This document shows, one piece after another, positions 1 to 8,990 of a DNA stretch of 26,469 bases. Source of the DNA: a virus (Duplodnaviria; Caudoviricetes); IMG/VR virus record IMGVR_UViG_3300050162_000108, positions 1 through 26,469 of that record; one strand, given 5' to 3'. The notes beneath the pieces are model-generated. The model was not told the DNA's origin. It made no database searches and worked only from the letters and a program-made list of their open reading frames with translations. Positions within the stretch are counted from its first letter, which is position 1; the number at the start of each line of letters is the position of its first letter. Both the position numbers and the translations under genes were made by a program.

Positions 1-1060
1 GCAGCAGTCCTACGCCACCGGCGAATTTTGCAATAGTGGCCAACCTCCCCACCAGTGTCGCCACCCCGCCGGCTGCTGCTGCGTCCGCTGCCGCGCCGAT
101 GCCCAAGATCTTGCCTGCCACACTTGCTAGGCCCGCCAAGATCGGTGCTCCGCCAATGAAGCGGAGCACCCCCAGCACTACTATCAGTTTAGTGGACCAC
201 CCATTAGTAGCGTGATCTAGTTGGGTAAGCAGGCCGATAACCTGGATCAGAACCGGGACGGCCACCTCGGCAAATCGGGCCATAACATCCGCGAGTTTTT
301 CCATCGATGGCAGCAATCGCATTACGAGGGTGCGCCATGTCACTTCCATACGCTGCTTTACGCGGGTCCATTTCTCCTCGGCCTCCCGGCTCGCTTTTGC
401 ATCTGCCGCTGTTACGCCTTTCTGGGCGCGGATCATCGCGTCCATTTCTCGGCGGCTGCGCAGCATTAGATTTAGCGTACCCTCGTCCAGCCCCATCGCT
501 TGACCGATGTTAAACGCTTGCTGACGCGGGAGTCTGCGAAGTGCATCCCCCATGTCGCTAGTCAACTGAACGACGTTTTTGGCTTTACCTGAGGCGTCAA
601 CCAACCCAACGCCGAGCATGGACAGGTAAGGGGCTAGCCGGGTTTCACCGGTAAGCGAGAAGTTCGTCAGCTCCTGGCTGAGTGATTGCATGGTGCCTAA
701 GAAGCCCGCCGACGTGCCTCCCGCCACCTCTACCGCACCCGACCATTTAGATAGGGTCCCAACCGACACGCCGAGATTTTTAGACATGCGGTCGAAAGTC
801 GCGGCGCTGCCGATCACGGTTCGCGTGAAGTCGGCCAGCCCCCGCCCAACAGTAAGGACCGCAAAAAACTGCAGTGCGGATTTACGTAGTTGTCCAAAAA
901 ACTCAGCGGCTTTTTTGCCGCTAGCAGACATCTCGGTAGCTGTTTTTTCAGCGGCTTTCTTGCTTTTAAGCAGCTCGGCGGCAGCAACTTTTTGTCCCTT
1001 GCTGAAATTCTTCGGGTCTAATCCAAGCGTGACTACTAGCTCGTCAATTACCGTCGCCAT
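1..1060 (-). CDS. Tail tape measure protein, N-terminal part (runs off the window edge)
   Basis: Not in the ORF track because it has no stop in the window. My translation from ATG 1060 gives MATVIDELVVTLGLDPKNFSKGQKVAAAELLKSKKAAEKTATEMSASGKKAAEFFGQLRKSALQFFAVLTVGRGL..., open to base 1, Ala/Gly-rich and helical. It lies directly after the tube and chaperone genes. Confidence 0.88.
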   Translation of the reverse strand, partial: MATVIDELVVTLGLDPKNFSKGQKVAAAELLKSKKAAEKTATEMSASGKKAAEFFGQLRKSALQFFAVLTVGRGLADFTRTVIGSAATFDRMSKNLGVSVGTLSKWSGAVEVAGGTSAGFLGTMQSLSQELTNFSLTGETRLAPYLSMLGVGLVDASGKAKNVVQLTSDMGDALRRLPRQQAFNIGQAMGLDEGTLNLMLRSRREMDAMIRAQKGVTAADAKASREAEEKWTRVKQRMEVTWRTLVMRLLPSMEKLADVMARFAEVAVPVLIQVIGLLTQLDHATNGWSTKLIVVLGVLRFIGGAPILAGLASVAGKILGIGAAADAAAAGGVATLVGRLATIAKFAGGVGLL

Positions 1061-1271
1061 TCAGCAGCCCCCGATTATAGTTATCAACCATGTGGATTTC
1101 AAAAAGGTCGTAAGCGTCCTGTGACCCATAGGCGTTTTGGAGCTCGCTTAGCGTAGCCATCCGGGCAGATACGAGCGTAGCGATCAGGCCCGGCAGGTTA
1201 GCGTACTTTACTAGCCGACCGACGCCTTGCCGACGCGGGGCTAACCCCCAATCGGGCTGGCGCCGTTCGTA
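1044..1271 (-). CDS. Frameshift extension of the tail assembly chaperone (gpT-like, 75 codons in the -1 frame)
   Basis: The -1 frame after GGTTTTTTT reads YERRQPDWGLAPRRQGVGRLVKYANLPGLIATLVSARMATLSELQNAYGSQDAYDLFEIHMVDNYNRGLLNGDGN*. It fills the gap up to the tape measure start and has no good upstream start of its own. Confidence 0.8.
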   Translation of the reverse strand, partial: YERRQPDWGLAPRRQGVGRLVKYANLPGLIATLVSARMATLSELQNAYGSQDAYDLFEIHMVDNYNRGLLNGDGN

Positions 1272-1678
1272 AAAAAACCGATATGCAGCTTTATGGTCTC
1301 TAGGCGTAACGCCAGGCGCGTAGATAGCTCTTCAATGTCGCTCCCGAGTAAGGGGCGCACGACATTACCCGGCAACTGGAGTGCAACGCACGCCATCAAT
1401 TCCTCTAGCAGCGGCTTGGCTTCTTTCGGATCGATAGCGGCGAGTGCTTTCAAACCGTGACGCGCGAACTCCGCGAGGTGGCCCGCGTCCCCCAGTTCCG
1501 GCTCGGTGCGGAGCGCTTTGGCAATTCCGTCAACATCAAACTCAGTTTTTGCCAGTGCCTGGAGGCACCGAAAAGCCCACCACTCAGCAGCTTCGGCGGA
1601 CATTTCAGTGATGTGAAAAGATTTCCCGTGGTCTCGGTTATCTGCGGTAACGCCGTAAATTGTAGTTTTTCGTGCCAT
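1241..1678 (-). CDS. Tail assembly chaperone (gpG-like)
   Basis: 145 aa between tube and tape measure genes. It ends ...LHIGFFTNGASPIGG with a slippery run at GFF. Confidence 0.85.
   Translation of the reverse strand: MARKTTIYGVTADNRDHGKSFHITEMSAEAAEWWAFRCLQALAKTEFDVDGIAKALRTEPELGDAGHLAEFARHGLKALAAIDPKEAKPLLEELMACVALQLPGNVVRPLLGSDIEELSTRLALRLETIKLHIGFFTNGASPIGG
1271..1279 (-). promoter_or_regulatory. Programmed -1 ribosomal frameshift slippery site (GGT TTT TTT)
   Basis: 7-T run in X XXY YYZ register near the 3' end of the chaperone gene, with an open -1 frame following. Confidence 0.78.
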
Positions 1679-1697
1679 TTGGGCAGGCTCCTAGCTG

Positions 1698-2138
1698 TTA
1701 CGAAATGGGGAGGGGGAGAACAGACTCCCAAGTAATTTTATACTCGGCCGGGGCCAATGTTTTATTGACCGCCGCCATCGGGGGGTATCCTGTGAGTACT
1801 CCCCGACCTAACACATAGCTCATGCCCAAGCCCGGGATAGTGATCACGCCGCCGAGCCGGTATACGGTCTTAGCTGCGTCCTGCGTCGCTACGATCAGAT
1901 CAAAGACCGACCGACTATCCGAGTCCGCCTGTAGATGGATTGTTTGGGGGTACAGGCGCGGGAGCCACCCCGCCGAGCTGATTCCATCTACCCCCTGGAT
2001 CATTTCGGCGGTAACCACCTCGTCAAACGCAAAAGCCGCATCCGCTGCGTACCCCGTGATAGACGTGGCGATTAACGCAAAATCCGACGAACTTAGAACA
2101 AACGAGCTGTCGGCACTGGTAATAGTTTTGGACGCCAT
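1698..2138 (-). CDS. Tail tube protein
   Basis: 146 aa immediately after the sheath. N-terminus KTITSADS, motifs GYAADAAF, GVDG..SAG, LQADSDS. Confidence 0.8.
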   Translation of the reverse strand: MASKTITSADSSFVLSSSDFALIATSITGYAADAAFAFDEVVTAEMIQGVDGISSAGWLPRLYPQTIHLQADSDSRSVFDLIVATQDAAKTVYRLGGVITIPGLGMSYVLGRGVLTGYPPMAAVNKTLAPAEYKITWESVLPLPIS

Positions 2139-2151
2139 TTAGTCAGCCCCT

Positions 2152-3642
2152 TTACAGTACTGCGATCGATGCGAGCGCAATTTTTTGGATACTTCCGCCG
2201 TCCATGTACCACAGAGTGAGCGGCGGCGACGTGCGAGCGCTACGAGTTGCGGCAGTGGCGTCGGAAATTAGCAGATAGTAACCATAGTTAGACAGCGGGC
2301 TGCTTATGTCCAGCCCCGCCGCTGCATTGATCTCCGCTTTCTGAGCAGCGGATAGCGTAACCCCGGTGCGGATGGTGCCGTTATTTAATGCGTCCGCAAT
2401 CGGATCAGCTGCCCAAGCTCGAATATAGCTGTAGCCGAGGCTGTTATACGGCGAGGTATTAACCGCGCGAAGCCCCTCGAAAATAGTACGACGCAATTCG
2501 GAGTTGAGGCGAATCTGATTAATGTAGGTATCCGCCCATTTGAAGTCAGAGCCATTCATGCGCCCATCGTACATTTGGGTATACGTATCACCAGAATCAG
2601 ACTGATACAGACCAAAATAGCTAGCGTTATTGCTCAAAACCGCATTGGCGGTAGCCAGATCGCTCACGGTTGTTGCCAGACCCGACTGTGTGCGGAACGC
2701 GAGCGTAGCCCTACCTTCTCGCGCGCTCCAGTTGATCGAGGCCGCCCACGCGCAGATAAACGCCGCGTGGTTAGTCGTACCATATACGACTACTACCCCG
2801 TCATAGTTGTTCACGTCTACGATCGTTCCAAAAACCGCCGAATTGCTCGCCGTGGCGTACCCCGGGTCATTGTCTGCTGCGACGTATAGATACCGACTCG
2901 ATTGCGCGGAGACCCACGTAGCAAACGCGATCATGTCCGATCCGGTCGGCTTCCAGGTGGTGGCGAACGTGGCCCAGTCAGTGGCCAGCGCTTTAATCCG
3001 CGCCATCGCTGAGGCCGGTGTATCCGCCGCCGCGCCTTGGGAAAGAACTCCCGCCGACAAACCCAGCCCCGCCGCGATAGTGCCGGTAGCCTGCGTCATA
3101 GTTGAGGTCGCGCCCGTTGTGCCGCTGGTAATAACAAAACGGCTACTGGTCGCGTCCCACGTCACCGCAGCACCGCCGGTCAGCGCGAGGGCCGTGGTGA
3201 GCAGCGCTGCCGCATTCGTAAAGCTGGTGGCGGCGCTCAAATTTACGCTAGCTGCGCTTTTGACGACCCCATCAACCGTGACCGACAGCGAACCACTCAG
3301 CGCCTGGATTGTGGCCAGCGTAGTGCCCGCCAAAGACGATCCGCGCAACCACGCGGCGCGGTCGGCTGCGGCATAGCCGGCAAAATACAGCTGGTACGGT
3401 TGGGTGGTGCCGTTAGTAAATCCGGAAAAATACACAGCCGCCATAGCATATTCGGTAGAGCTGGTACCGAAGTAAGTGCCTACGTCGTCTGCGTCATAGA
3501 ATGTCAGGAGCGACGAAAGCGGCACATTGGCTGCGTTATCAATAAATATTGCATTCAGCGCCAACGCATTGCCACCCGCTCCGACTACTCCGGGGGTGAT
3601 GGTCACGATTTGGCTGAGTGGGATTCCTGCTGTCATTGTCAC
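2152..3642 (-). CDS. Tail sheath protein (DUF3383-like)
   Basis: 496 aa. N-terminus IPLSQIVTITPGV, YFG..STEY.MA..YF.GF, C-terminus LWYMDGGSIQKI, typical of the DUF3383 sheath family. Confidence 0.88.
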   Translation of the reverse strand: MTMTAGIPLSQIVTITPGVVGAGGNALALNAIFIDNAANVPLSSLLTFYDADDVGTYFGTSSTEYAMAAVYFSGFTNGTTQPYQLYFAGYAAADRAAWLRGSSLAGTTLATIQALSGSLSVTVDGVVKSAASVNLSAATSFTNAAALLTTALALTGGAAVTWDATSSRFVITSGTTGATSTMTQATGTIAAGLGLSAGVLSQGAAADTPASAMARIKALATDWATFATTWKPTGSDMIAFATWVSAQSSRYLYVAADNDPGYATASNSAVFGTIVDVNNYDGVVVVYGTTNHAAFICAWAASINWSAREGRATLAFRTQSGLATTVSDLATANAVLSNNASYFGLYQSDSGDTYTQMYDGRMNGSDFKWADTYINQIRLNSELRRTIFEGLRAVNTSPYNSLGYSYIRAWAADPIADALNNGTIRTGVTLSAAQKAEINAAAGLDISSPLSNYGYYLLISDATAATRSARTSPPLTLWYMDGGSIQKIALASIAVL

Positions 3643-4139
3643 TCCGTCACTGGGTTTGTGGTAACCGACCCGAGCGTATCAAAATACGCTTGCGAGACAG
3701 TTACCCCCGAATTGTACTGTAGTGTGGCGGTGGTAGTCCACCGGTTTTCCCACTGTTGTTCTGCTGTGAGCAGCGGAGCCTGGATGCCGTCGCCGCAGTA
3801 AAGGGGCTTGACGTCGTCCGGGAACTGTCCCGGGGCGTAGGGGCTCCGCAGCATCGTGATTACTCTACGGCATAGGTCCGCCGAGTTGGGTGCATAAAAA
3901 TCGATTTGCACATCGCACCGTGCGGGCGTGCAGTACGTCGCAGTACTGGCGGTTGCGTCATACGCAATGCGGTAGGTTTCCAGATCTACCTGCCGCAGCT
4001 CAGTGAGCACGATGCACGGTTCGCCGGGCTGCGGCACGCGGTTCACTTGTGCTCGGACAATCTGCACATCCGAACCGACAAGCGGCTGAATGAACTCCGC
4101 CAGGGCCACAATAACTTGGTCTACGGTAATCTCACTCAC
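3639..4139 (-). CDS. Tail terminator/neck protein
   Basis: Probable GTG start at 4139 overlapping the upstream stop (GTGA). Motifs RAQVNRVPQP, VQIDFY, QQWENRW. Positioned just before the sheath. Confidence 0.7.
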   Translation of the reverse strand: MSEITVDQVIVALAEFIQPLVGSDVQIVRAQVNRVPQPGEPCIVLTELRQVDLETYRIAYDATASTATYCTPARCDVQIDFYAPNSADLCRRVITMLRSPYAPGQFPDDVKPLYCGDGIQAPLLTAEQQWENRWTTTATLQYNSGVTVSQAYFDTLGSVTTNPVTE

Positions 4140-4516
4140 ATCTGCCCCCCACCCTGCAGCACAATGCAAACCTTAGTCCACGTCGGCCACGTCTCCAGCA
4201 CTTTGGTAACCAGCCACTGCTGCGTTCCGATATCGATCATATCCCCACCCTTACCTTCCGGCCGGATCACACCAGCAAGCGGGCCGCGCAGATAAAGGGC
4301 GCGCAATGTGCCCTGCAGGTTTAGGCCGTCAATCTGTTTCAGATCATCACCGTCAAGCGCCTGGATCTGCGCAAAGCCCGTCACGGCTGTCGCATACCCG
4401 GGCACCTGCTTGCGCGTAGTGGGATCGATTGTGTAGCCAGTTGACCGACGCACGGACACGGAAACATTCGGATTGATTTGGCTGCTCACGCTGTTTGCTA
4501 TGCCCCGCAAGTCCAT
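4136..4516 (-). CDS. Head closure / head-tail joining protein
   Basis: 126 aa, MDLRGIAN...STGYT...QIQAL...GGD...WLV..VLETWPTW, within the neck gene cluster. Confidence 0.7.
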   Translation of the reverse strand: MDLRGIANSVSSQINPNVSVSVRRSTGYTIDPTTRKQVPGYATAVTGFAQIQALDGDDLKQIDGLNLQGTLRALYLRGPLAGVIRPEGKGGDMIDIGTQQWLVTKVLETWPTWTKVCIVLQGGGQM

Positions 4517-4578
4517 ATCTAGCCCCGATATCGTGGTGTAAGAAAAAGTCCATACGGAACAATAACTTACTTCTCTAC

Positions 4579-4683
4579 TACCCCTATACCCCAGAATAAT
4601 AGATAATTAATAAGTAATACGTATACGCACATAATGTAATAACGCATATATACGTATAGAAGGAGTTGCGAGCTAGTGGGGTA
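4579..4683. repeat. AT-rich origin-like element, copy A
   Basis: Non-coding AT-rich island. It shares TACCCCTATACCCCAG (16 bp), CATAATGTAATA (12 bp), ACGTATA and TGGGGTA, in the same order, with 14576-14691. Confidence 0.75.
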
Positions 4684-4697
4684 CGGTAACTCGTTGA

Positions 4698-5132
4698 TTA
4701 TTCAACAATTTCCCACCCCACCGAATCCTTCATATGACCCGTGTCGACCAACGGTTTGTCAAATCCCTTGGCTGCGATGGTGCTCGGAGCATTGCCCGGA
4801 TTGCTCCAGCCAATAATCGATTGCTGCAGAGCGCCGGTAATGTCCTCGCCCATCAGTCCTAAAATGGCATTTCCGTCCGCGCCGTTGCCACCGAGTTTTG
4901 CCATTTTCATCGCCCAACCAGGAGATTCTGCGGCAATCATCGACCGGAAAAAGGGGCGCGCGGGTATCCTGCTAGTGCCGAACTCATTCCAGAATGCTAC
5001 CTGCGCAACACTCTCGCCGTCCGGGTAAGTGGCTCCGGCGAGAAAGCCGACTTTGACTTTACCCGCCGCAAACTTGGCCCCGTACTCGGCGAGCACCCGG
5101 GCCATCTTATCCCCACCAATCAGACCGGACAT
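4698..5132 (-). CDS. Neck / tail completion (virion morphogenesis) protein
   Basis: Motifs VKVGF, VAQVAFWNEFGT..IPARPFFR, NAPSTIAAKGFDKPLVDTGHM. Confidence 0.8.
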   Translation of the reverse strand: MSGLIGGDKMARVLAEYGAKFAAGKVKVGFLAGATYPDGESVAQVAFWNEFGTSRIPARPFFRSMIAAESPGWAMKMAKLGGNGADGNAILGLMGEDITGALQQSIIGWSNPGNAPSTIAAKGFDKPLVDTGHMKDSVGWEIVE

Positions 5133-5135
5133 ACG

Positions 5136-5540
5136 TCACCATCTCGTAGGTTGCGGGCGGTAGCGGAAACCGCGTAACGCCATTGTGGCGGCCCAGAATG
5201 CCGCACCATACTGCGTCTGTTGGAACCACGCGCCGCTGCCAGGAGTGGCGGGCATGTAGTCGAACGAGGCCGACACGCTGCCCTCCGACCCTGCCGAGAC
5301 GCGCCCGACTGGCAAAGCCTGCCCGTCTGCGGCTAACGCGCCGCCAAGCTTGGCAATGTGCGCGGTAAGCATCCACAGAAGCGACTGGCGACGCGCAAGG
5401 TTCTGCACAGGGCTTGCGTCACTGTTCGACAGATAAAGCCCGCTATCATCGAAGCAGGCCGACAGCAGCGTATCGCTGACGGCGGCGAACTCGGGATAGC
5501 GGGTCTTAAACGCCGCTGGGTCAAATACCACGGCGGTCAT
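5136..5540 (-). CDS. Head-tail adaptor (DUF4054-like)
   Basis: Likely start at ATG 5540 (MTAVVFDPAAFKTRYPEF), which avoids overlap with the upstream gene. Motifs GRVSAGSEGSVS and QTQYGAAFW. Confidence 0.82.
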   Translation of the reverse strand: MTAVVFDPAAFKTRYPEFAAVSDTLLSACFDDSGLYLSNSDASPVQNLARRQSLLWMLTAHIAKLGGALAADGQALPVGRVSAGSEGSVSASFDYMPATPGSGAWFQQTQYGAAFWAATMALRGFRYRPQPTRW

Positions 5541-5544
5541 GTCG

Positions 5545-5907
5545 TTATTGCTCGGCGGTTGCCACGCCGCCAGCATCCTGGCCGGTGGCTTCAAACCCAG
5601 TCGCTTCAGTACGCAATTCGGCAGCTTGTGCCTTGGCCGATTTTTCGTCTTTGGCAACAAAAATAGCGTTGGCTTTCAACGGTGCAAAATCCGCGTTTGC
5701 CGCGATCCATTTTTCCCAGAATCCGGCATCCACTTCCGTGATACCAAAATGGTCGCGCTGCAGGACGATGATGTCAGTGTACTCAAAAGCGGCGGACTGA
5801 TTCTGCCCCTTCAACGCGACGCTGGTAACTTCTTTGGACACTGCATTTTCGATCTCCAGCACGATGCCATGCGGCAAACGGCAGCCGATCAGAACAGTAT
5901 TAGCCAT
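5545..5907 (-). CDS. Conserved virion-associated protein downstream of the major capsid gene
   Basis: 120 aa with SD AAGGAG. Motifs IGCRLPHG and GITEVDAGFWEKW. Confidence 0.65.
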   Translation of the reverse strand: MANTVLIGCRLPHGIVLEIENAVSKEVTSVALKGQNQSAAFEYTDIIVLQRDHFGITEVDAGFWEKWIAANADFAPLKANAIFVAKDEKSAKAQAAELRTEATGFEATGQDAGGVATAEQ

Positions 5908-5935
5908 GTGGGTAACTCCTTGAAATTAGGGCAAT

Positions 5936-5957
5936 GGCGGGGTGTTGCCACCCCGCC
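5936..5957 (-). terminator. GC-rich hairpin after the capsid gene (pause or stabilising stem, no U-tract)
   Basis: GGCGGGGTG-GCAA-CACCCCGCC, a perfect 9-bp stem with a GNRA loop, 6 nt past the capsid stop. Confidence 0.6.
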
Positions 5958-5963
5958 CGGGCA

Positions 5964-7004
5964 TTACACGCCAAGCAATTGCGAGAAAAAGGCAGGGCGG
6001 TAGATCACGGTGCCCCAAGTTCCCGCCGACTTTTTCTGTTTAAAGCTGGACTCCGCTACGACAATCGGATGCGCGCGCAGCTTTTCAGTGAACGCACAAT
6101 CGACGGTCCGCTGACCCTCCAGCTCTTCGGCAAACAGCTGGACCAGTTCGCCCGAAGTGGTGGAATACTCCGGCGCGGTTTGCAGGGTCAGGTTCGGGTA
6201 GTTCTTCTTCAACAGATCCGCAACGTTGACGTTGTAGTCGTTGGTGAATGTCATCGCCACTTCGGCTCGCGGGGACATCGCCAGACGCATCCTGGTATCC
6301 AGTTGTACTTGGCCCTTAGCGCGGCTTTGCAGGTCGATGTACATTTTCTGGATATCTTTAAGCACTTCCAGCGCAGTAGCGTTTGGTACGCCGCCCGAGG
6401 TCACCCAGGTCACGCCGCTCGCCGCTTTGGTGCTGGGGCTGAGCGCAGCAGGGAGACTCGGGTCATTCAGCAAACCATAGTTTTGCAGGCCAGACACACC
6501 GAAAAAGTAGGTCTTGTTTTGGAACTTGTTTAGAGTCAGAACACCAGCAATGCCGATTCGAGACGCATAGTCCAGCTTAGCCAGGCCCGCACGCTCCAAC
6601 TCGCGTTCGCCCCATTGGCTCATCACCTGATAATGGTACGATTGACGTTGCGGCCAGTTCACATTAACGCCGGATGCGCCCGAATTGCTGTAATCGCCAT
6701 ACGAGGTCGATTGACCGGTCGATTCAACTACCGGGAAAGCAATCGTATCAGTAACCCAATTACCCTTTTTGATTTCGCCGCCCGTCACCTCGGCAGCTTT
6801 CATCGGAGCAACCAGCACTTCGATCAGTTTCGGATCAATCTCGGTGCTGAGCATTGCCAGAACACCCGAGTTAGTCGAGGTAATCAGCCCCGGCTGAGCA
6901 TCCATCGCCATACGTTGCGCCCGTGCGCGGTCCATCATGCGCGGATCAACACCCATGAAATGAATACCCGCGTCCTGGGCCAAATCTTCAAAAATCCGTT
7001 CCAT
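5964..7004 (-). CDS. Major capsid protein (DUF2184-like)
   Basis: 346 aa. AMDAQPGL, YGDYS, WGERELERAG, NKTYFFGVSGLQNYGLLNDP, AFTEKLRAH, GTWG..IYRP. Confidence 0.92.
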   Translation of the reverse strand: MERIFEDLAQDAGIHFMGVDPRMMDRARAQRMAMDAQPGLITSTNSGVLAMLSTEIDPKLIEVLVAPMKAAEVTGGEIKKGNWVTDTIAFPVVESTGQSTSYGDYSNSGASGVNVNWPQRQSYHYQVMSQWGERELERAGLAKLDYASRIGIAGVLTLNKFQNKTYFFGVSGLQNYGLLNDPSLPAALSPSTKAASGVTWVTSGGVPNATALEVLKDIQKMYIDLQSRAKGQVQLDTRMRLAMSPRAEVAMTFTNDYNVNVADLLKKNYPNLTLQTAPEYSTTSGELVQLFAEELEGQRTVDCAFTEKLRAHPIVVAESSFKQKKSAGTWGTVIYRPAFFSQLLGV

Positions 7005-7018
7005 TGCGTCGGCCCTTT

Positions 7019-7498
7019 TTATTGAGTGATAACCGCCAGCTCGCCAACTGCAGCGGCTTGACTGATTACAAATGCGGTTTCGACAAATCCGCTAATGGTC
7101 GCGCCAGCAGCACCCGGTTGCATAGTGCCGTCAGTCAGTTTGGCAAAAGCCTTGTTGCCCACGACCGCAGCGGCCACGGTGACTTTGTCAAAGTAGTCGC
7201 CGGTACGCTGCAGCGTGACCATGAAGCCTGCCGGTATCACCATGCCGCCCTCGGCCAAATACGTGGTGATCAGGGCTTGCTGTTCGCGGTGTACGTAGCC
7301 ATTCGGAACGCCAGTGCCGGTATTCAGCACGGTCACGCCGTCAGCTTGCACCCAAGCGAATTGTCCAACAGTAACGCCGGCAGCACCGGCGACAAAGCCG
7401 GACTCCGGCGAGATGACCGAGGCTCGCGGATTGGTTGATGCAAAGTCGCCTTCAACCGCCGGCGCCTGTTGCAGATTCACGGTAGTCTGAAAACCCAT
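7019..7498 (-). CDS. Capsid decoration / cement protein
   Basis: 159 aa between scaffold and capsid. MGFQTTVN..QAPAVEGDFASTNP, G.VHREQQALIT. Confidence 0.78.
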   Translation of the reverse strand: MGFQTTVNLQQAPAVEGDFASTNPRASVISPESGFVAGAAGVTVGQFAWVQADGVTVLNTGTGVPNGYVHREQQALITTYLAEGGMVIPAGFMVTLQRTGDYFDKVTVAAAVVGNKAFAKLTDGTMQPGAAGATISGFVETAFVISQAAAVGELAVITQ

Positions 7499-7501
7499 GA
7501 T

Positions 7502-8779
7502 TTAGTACCCCTTGAAACGAGCCAAGCCCGGGAATTGTTTAACGGTTGCTGCGTCCGACGCAATGCGCGGAGCGGCTGCCGGTGCGGATTGCTCCGAAGC
7601 GACTTTATACAGTTGGGCCAGACCCGCAGCGGGCATAGAATCGTGGGCGATGCCCATTTGATCCAGTGCAAAACGATACACGGCGGCGGCAGAGTCCATG
7701 CCGATCACGTCGCCAACGGTGCCACGTACGGCGTGCTTTGCAACTTCCAGCGCCTTGAATTCCTTGCGCATAGAGTCCATAGCGGCTTCCAGGTTCGGCA
7801 CCGGCTTGTCTGGGGATTCCGGAGCGCCAGGCTCAGAAGTAGACAGCGCATCTTCGTCAGTCGCGGGTTTTCCCAGACTGCAAGCGTGTGCGATATCTTC
7901 TTCGCTCAGGCCCTTAGACTTCAGGAATTCGGCCAGCGGATCAGCATCTTCGGCTTTCGGATCGACGACGCCTTGCGGTTCGATTGGTTGCGGTTCTTGC
8001 TCAACACCCAGGATCGCATCAATGATGTTGTCCAGCTGTTCAGCATCCAGTTCGGCATCCATCGCCATGATGGATTCGACGGTTACCTTTTTGTTCAGCT
8101 TCTTCGTTGCTGCCCCTACCAGTTGCGACAGCGCAGCGTCTTGCGCAATCTTGGGGGAGGCTGCCGCGATAGCTGCCAAAAGGGCTCGGCCCAATTTGGT
8201 TTGCTTCATTGCAGGGGTTTCCTTTGCAAAAGGGTTATGGTCGGCCACTACCACGTCTGGCCCGGCGCGGCCAACCTCAACTAACGCCAGGTGATTACCT
8301 TCAATCTGGGTCATGCGACCGTCATACCGCACACCTTCAAATTCGCCGGGTTCCATCCTCGGGACATACTTGTATGCGCAAGACAGTTCTTCCATTGTCT
8401 CGGTTTCAATCGCCGCAATAGCTTCTGCAGTCCAGAAACACAGCGATGCATCAAGATAGGGAAGCGTGAAGGTCACGTCACTGCCGATGCTGCCGATGAT
8501 CAATTCTGTAGGAATCGACTTGGCGCTGACGGGGACGTGTTTCGATAGAATAGGGAGATTGTTAAACGTTGCTGCAGCGGCTTCGAGCTCAGCCGGATCG
8601 CGCAGCAATTGATAAACTTTTTTCGGATCTAGTCCGAGTTCTTCCCATCCGGGGATTTCTTCACCGTAATAGGGGTTAACCGTCGCTTTGGAAATATGGG
8701 AGCGGCTGACGTGCAAACGCCCGACAGAATCGAGGTGTCGGGCAGAACTACGATCGAACGCAATAAGCATCTGGCTCAT
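7502..8779 (-). CDS. Prohead protease/scaffold (DUF2213-like)
   Basis: ISKATVNPYYG.EIP, EELSCAY.Y, GNHLALVEVGRAGPDVVVAD, followed by an acidic scaffold-like C-terminal half with AMD motifs. Confidence 0.88.
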   Translation of the reverse strand: MSQMLIAFDRSSARHLDSVGRLHVSRSHISKATVNPYYGEEIPGWEELGLDPKKVYQLLRDPAELEAAAATFNNLPILSKHVPVSAKSIPTELIIGSIGSDVTFTLPYLDASLCFWTAEAIAAIETETMEELSCAYKYVPRMEPGEFEGVRYDGRMTQIEGNHLALVEVGRAGPDVVVADHNPFAKETPAMKQTKLGRALLAAIAAASPKIAQDAALSQLVGAATKKLNKKVTVESIMAMDAELDAEQLDNIIDAILGVEQEPQPIEPQGVVDPKAEDADPLAEFLKSKGLSEEDIAHACSLGKPATDEDALSTSEPGAPESPDKPVPNLEAAMDSMRKEFKALEVAKHAVRGTVGDVIGMDSAAAVYRFALDQMGIAHDSMPAAGLAQLYKVASEQSAPAAAPRIASDAATVKQFPGLARFKGY

Positions 8780-8785
8780 GCGCGC

Positions 8786-8814
8786 ATTATGGGCTATCGG
8801 GACAGATACGGCAA
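8786..8814 (-). promoter_or_regulatory. Sigma70-like promoter giving a probable leaderless transcript
   Basis: TTGCCG-N17-CATAAT-GCGCGC-ATG(8779). No SD precedes the ATG. Confidence 0.55.
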
Positions 8815-8827
8815 GTGGCTATCTTGC

Positions 8828-8856
8828 AGTGTATCCGGTACTAGCGGGGCTGTCAA
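8828..8856 (-). promoter_or_regulatory. Sigma70-like promoter
   Basis: TTGACA-N17-TACACT upstream of the scaffold/capsid operon. Confidence 0.6.
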
Positions 8857-8990
8857 TCAAAGCCAACCCATAAACAAAGCAATGCAAGTTGTGAGACCAC
8901 AATCAGGACCGCAGCCCAGAGGTCTATTATGCACATCTGAGCAAGTACCGCGCCGAGCGTTACAGCAATGACCTTCTTAAGCGAAGTCAT
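8853..8990 (-). CDS. Small hydrophobic (membrane) protein, 45 aa
   Basis: Below the track cutoff. MTSLKKVIAVTLGAVLAQMCIIDLWAAVLIVVSQLALLCLWVGFD*. The start overlaps the end of the upstream gene and the ORF fills the gap. Confidence 0.55.
   Translation of the reverse strand: MTSLKKVIAVTLGAVLAQMCIIDLWAAVLIVVSQLALLCLWVGFD

Noticed and set aside
4566-4646. 26-codon hydrophobic ORF (MRYYIMCVYVLLINYLLFWGIGVVEK) on the minus strand
   Set aside because: It has no SD, its hydrophobicity follows from AT-richness, and the DNA motifs are shared with a non-coding element at 14576.
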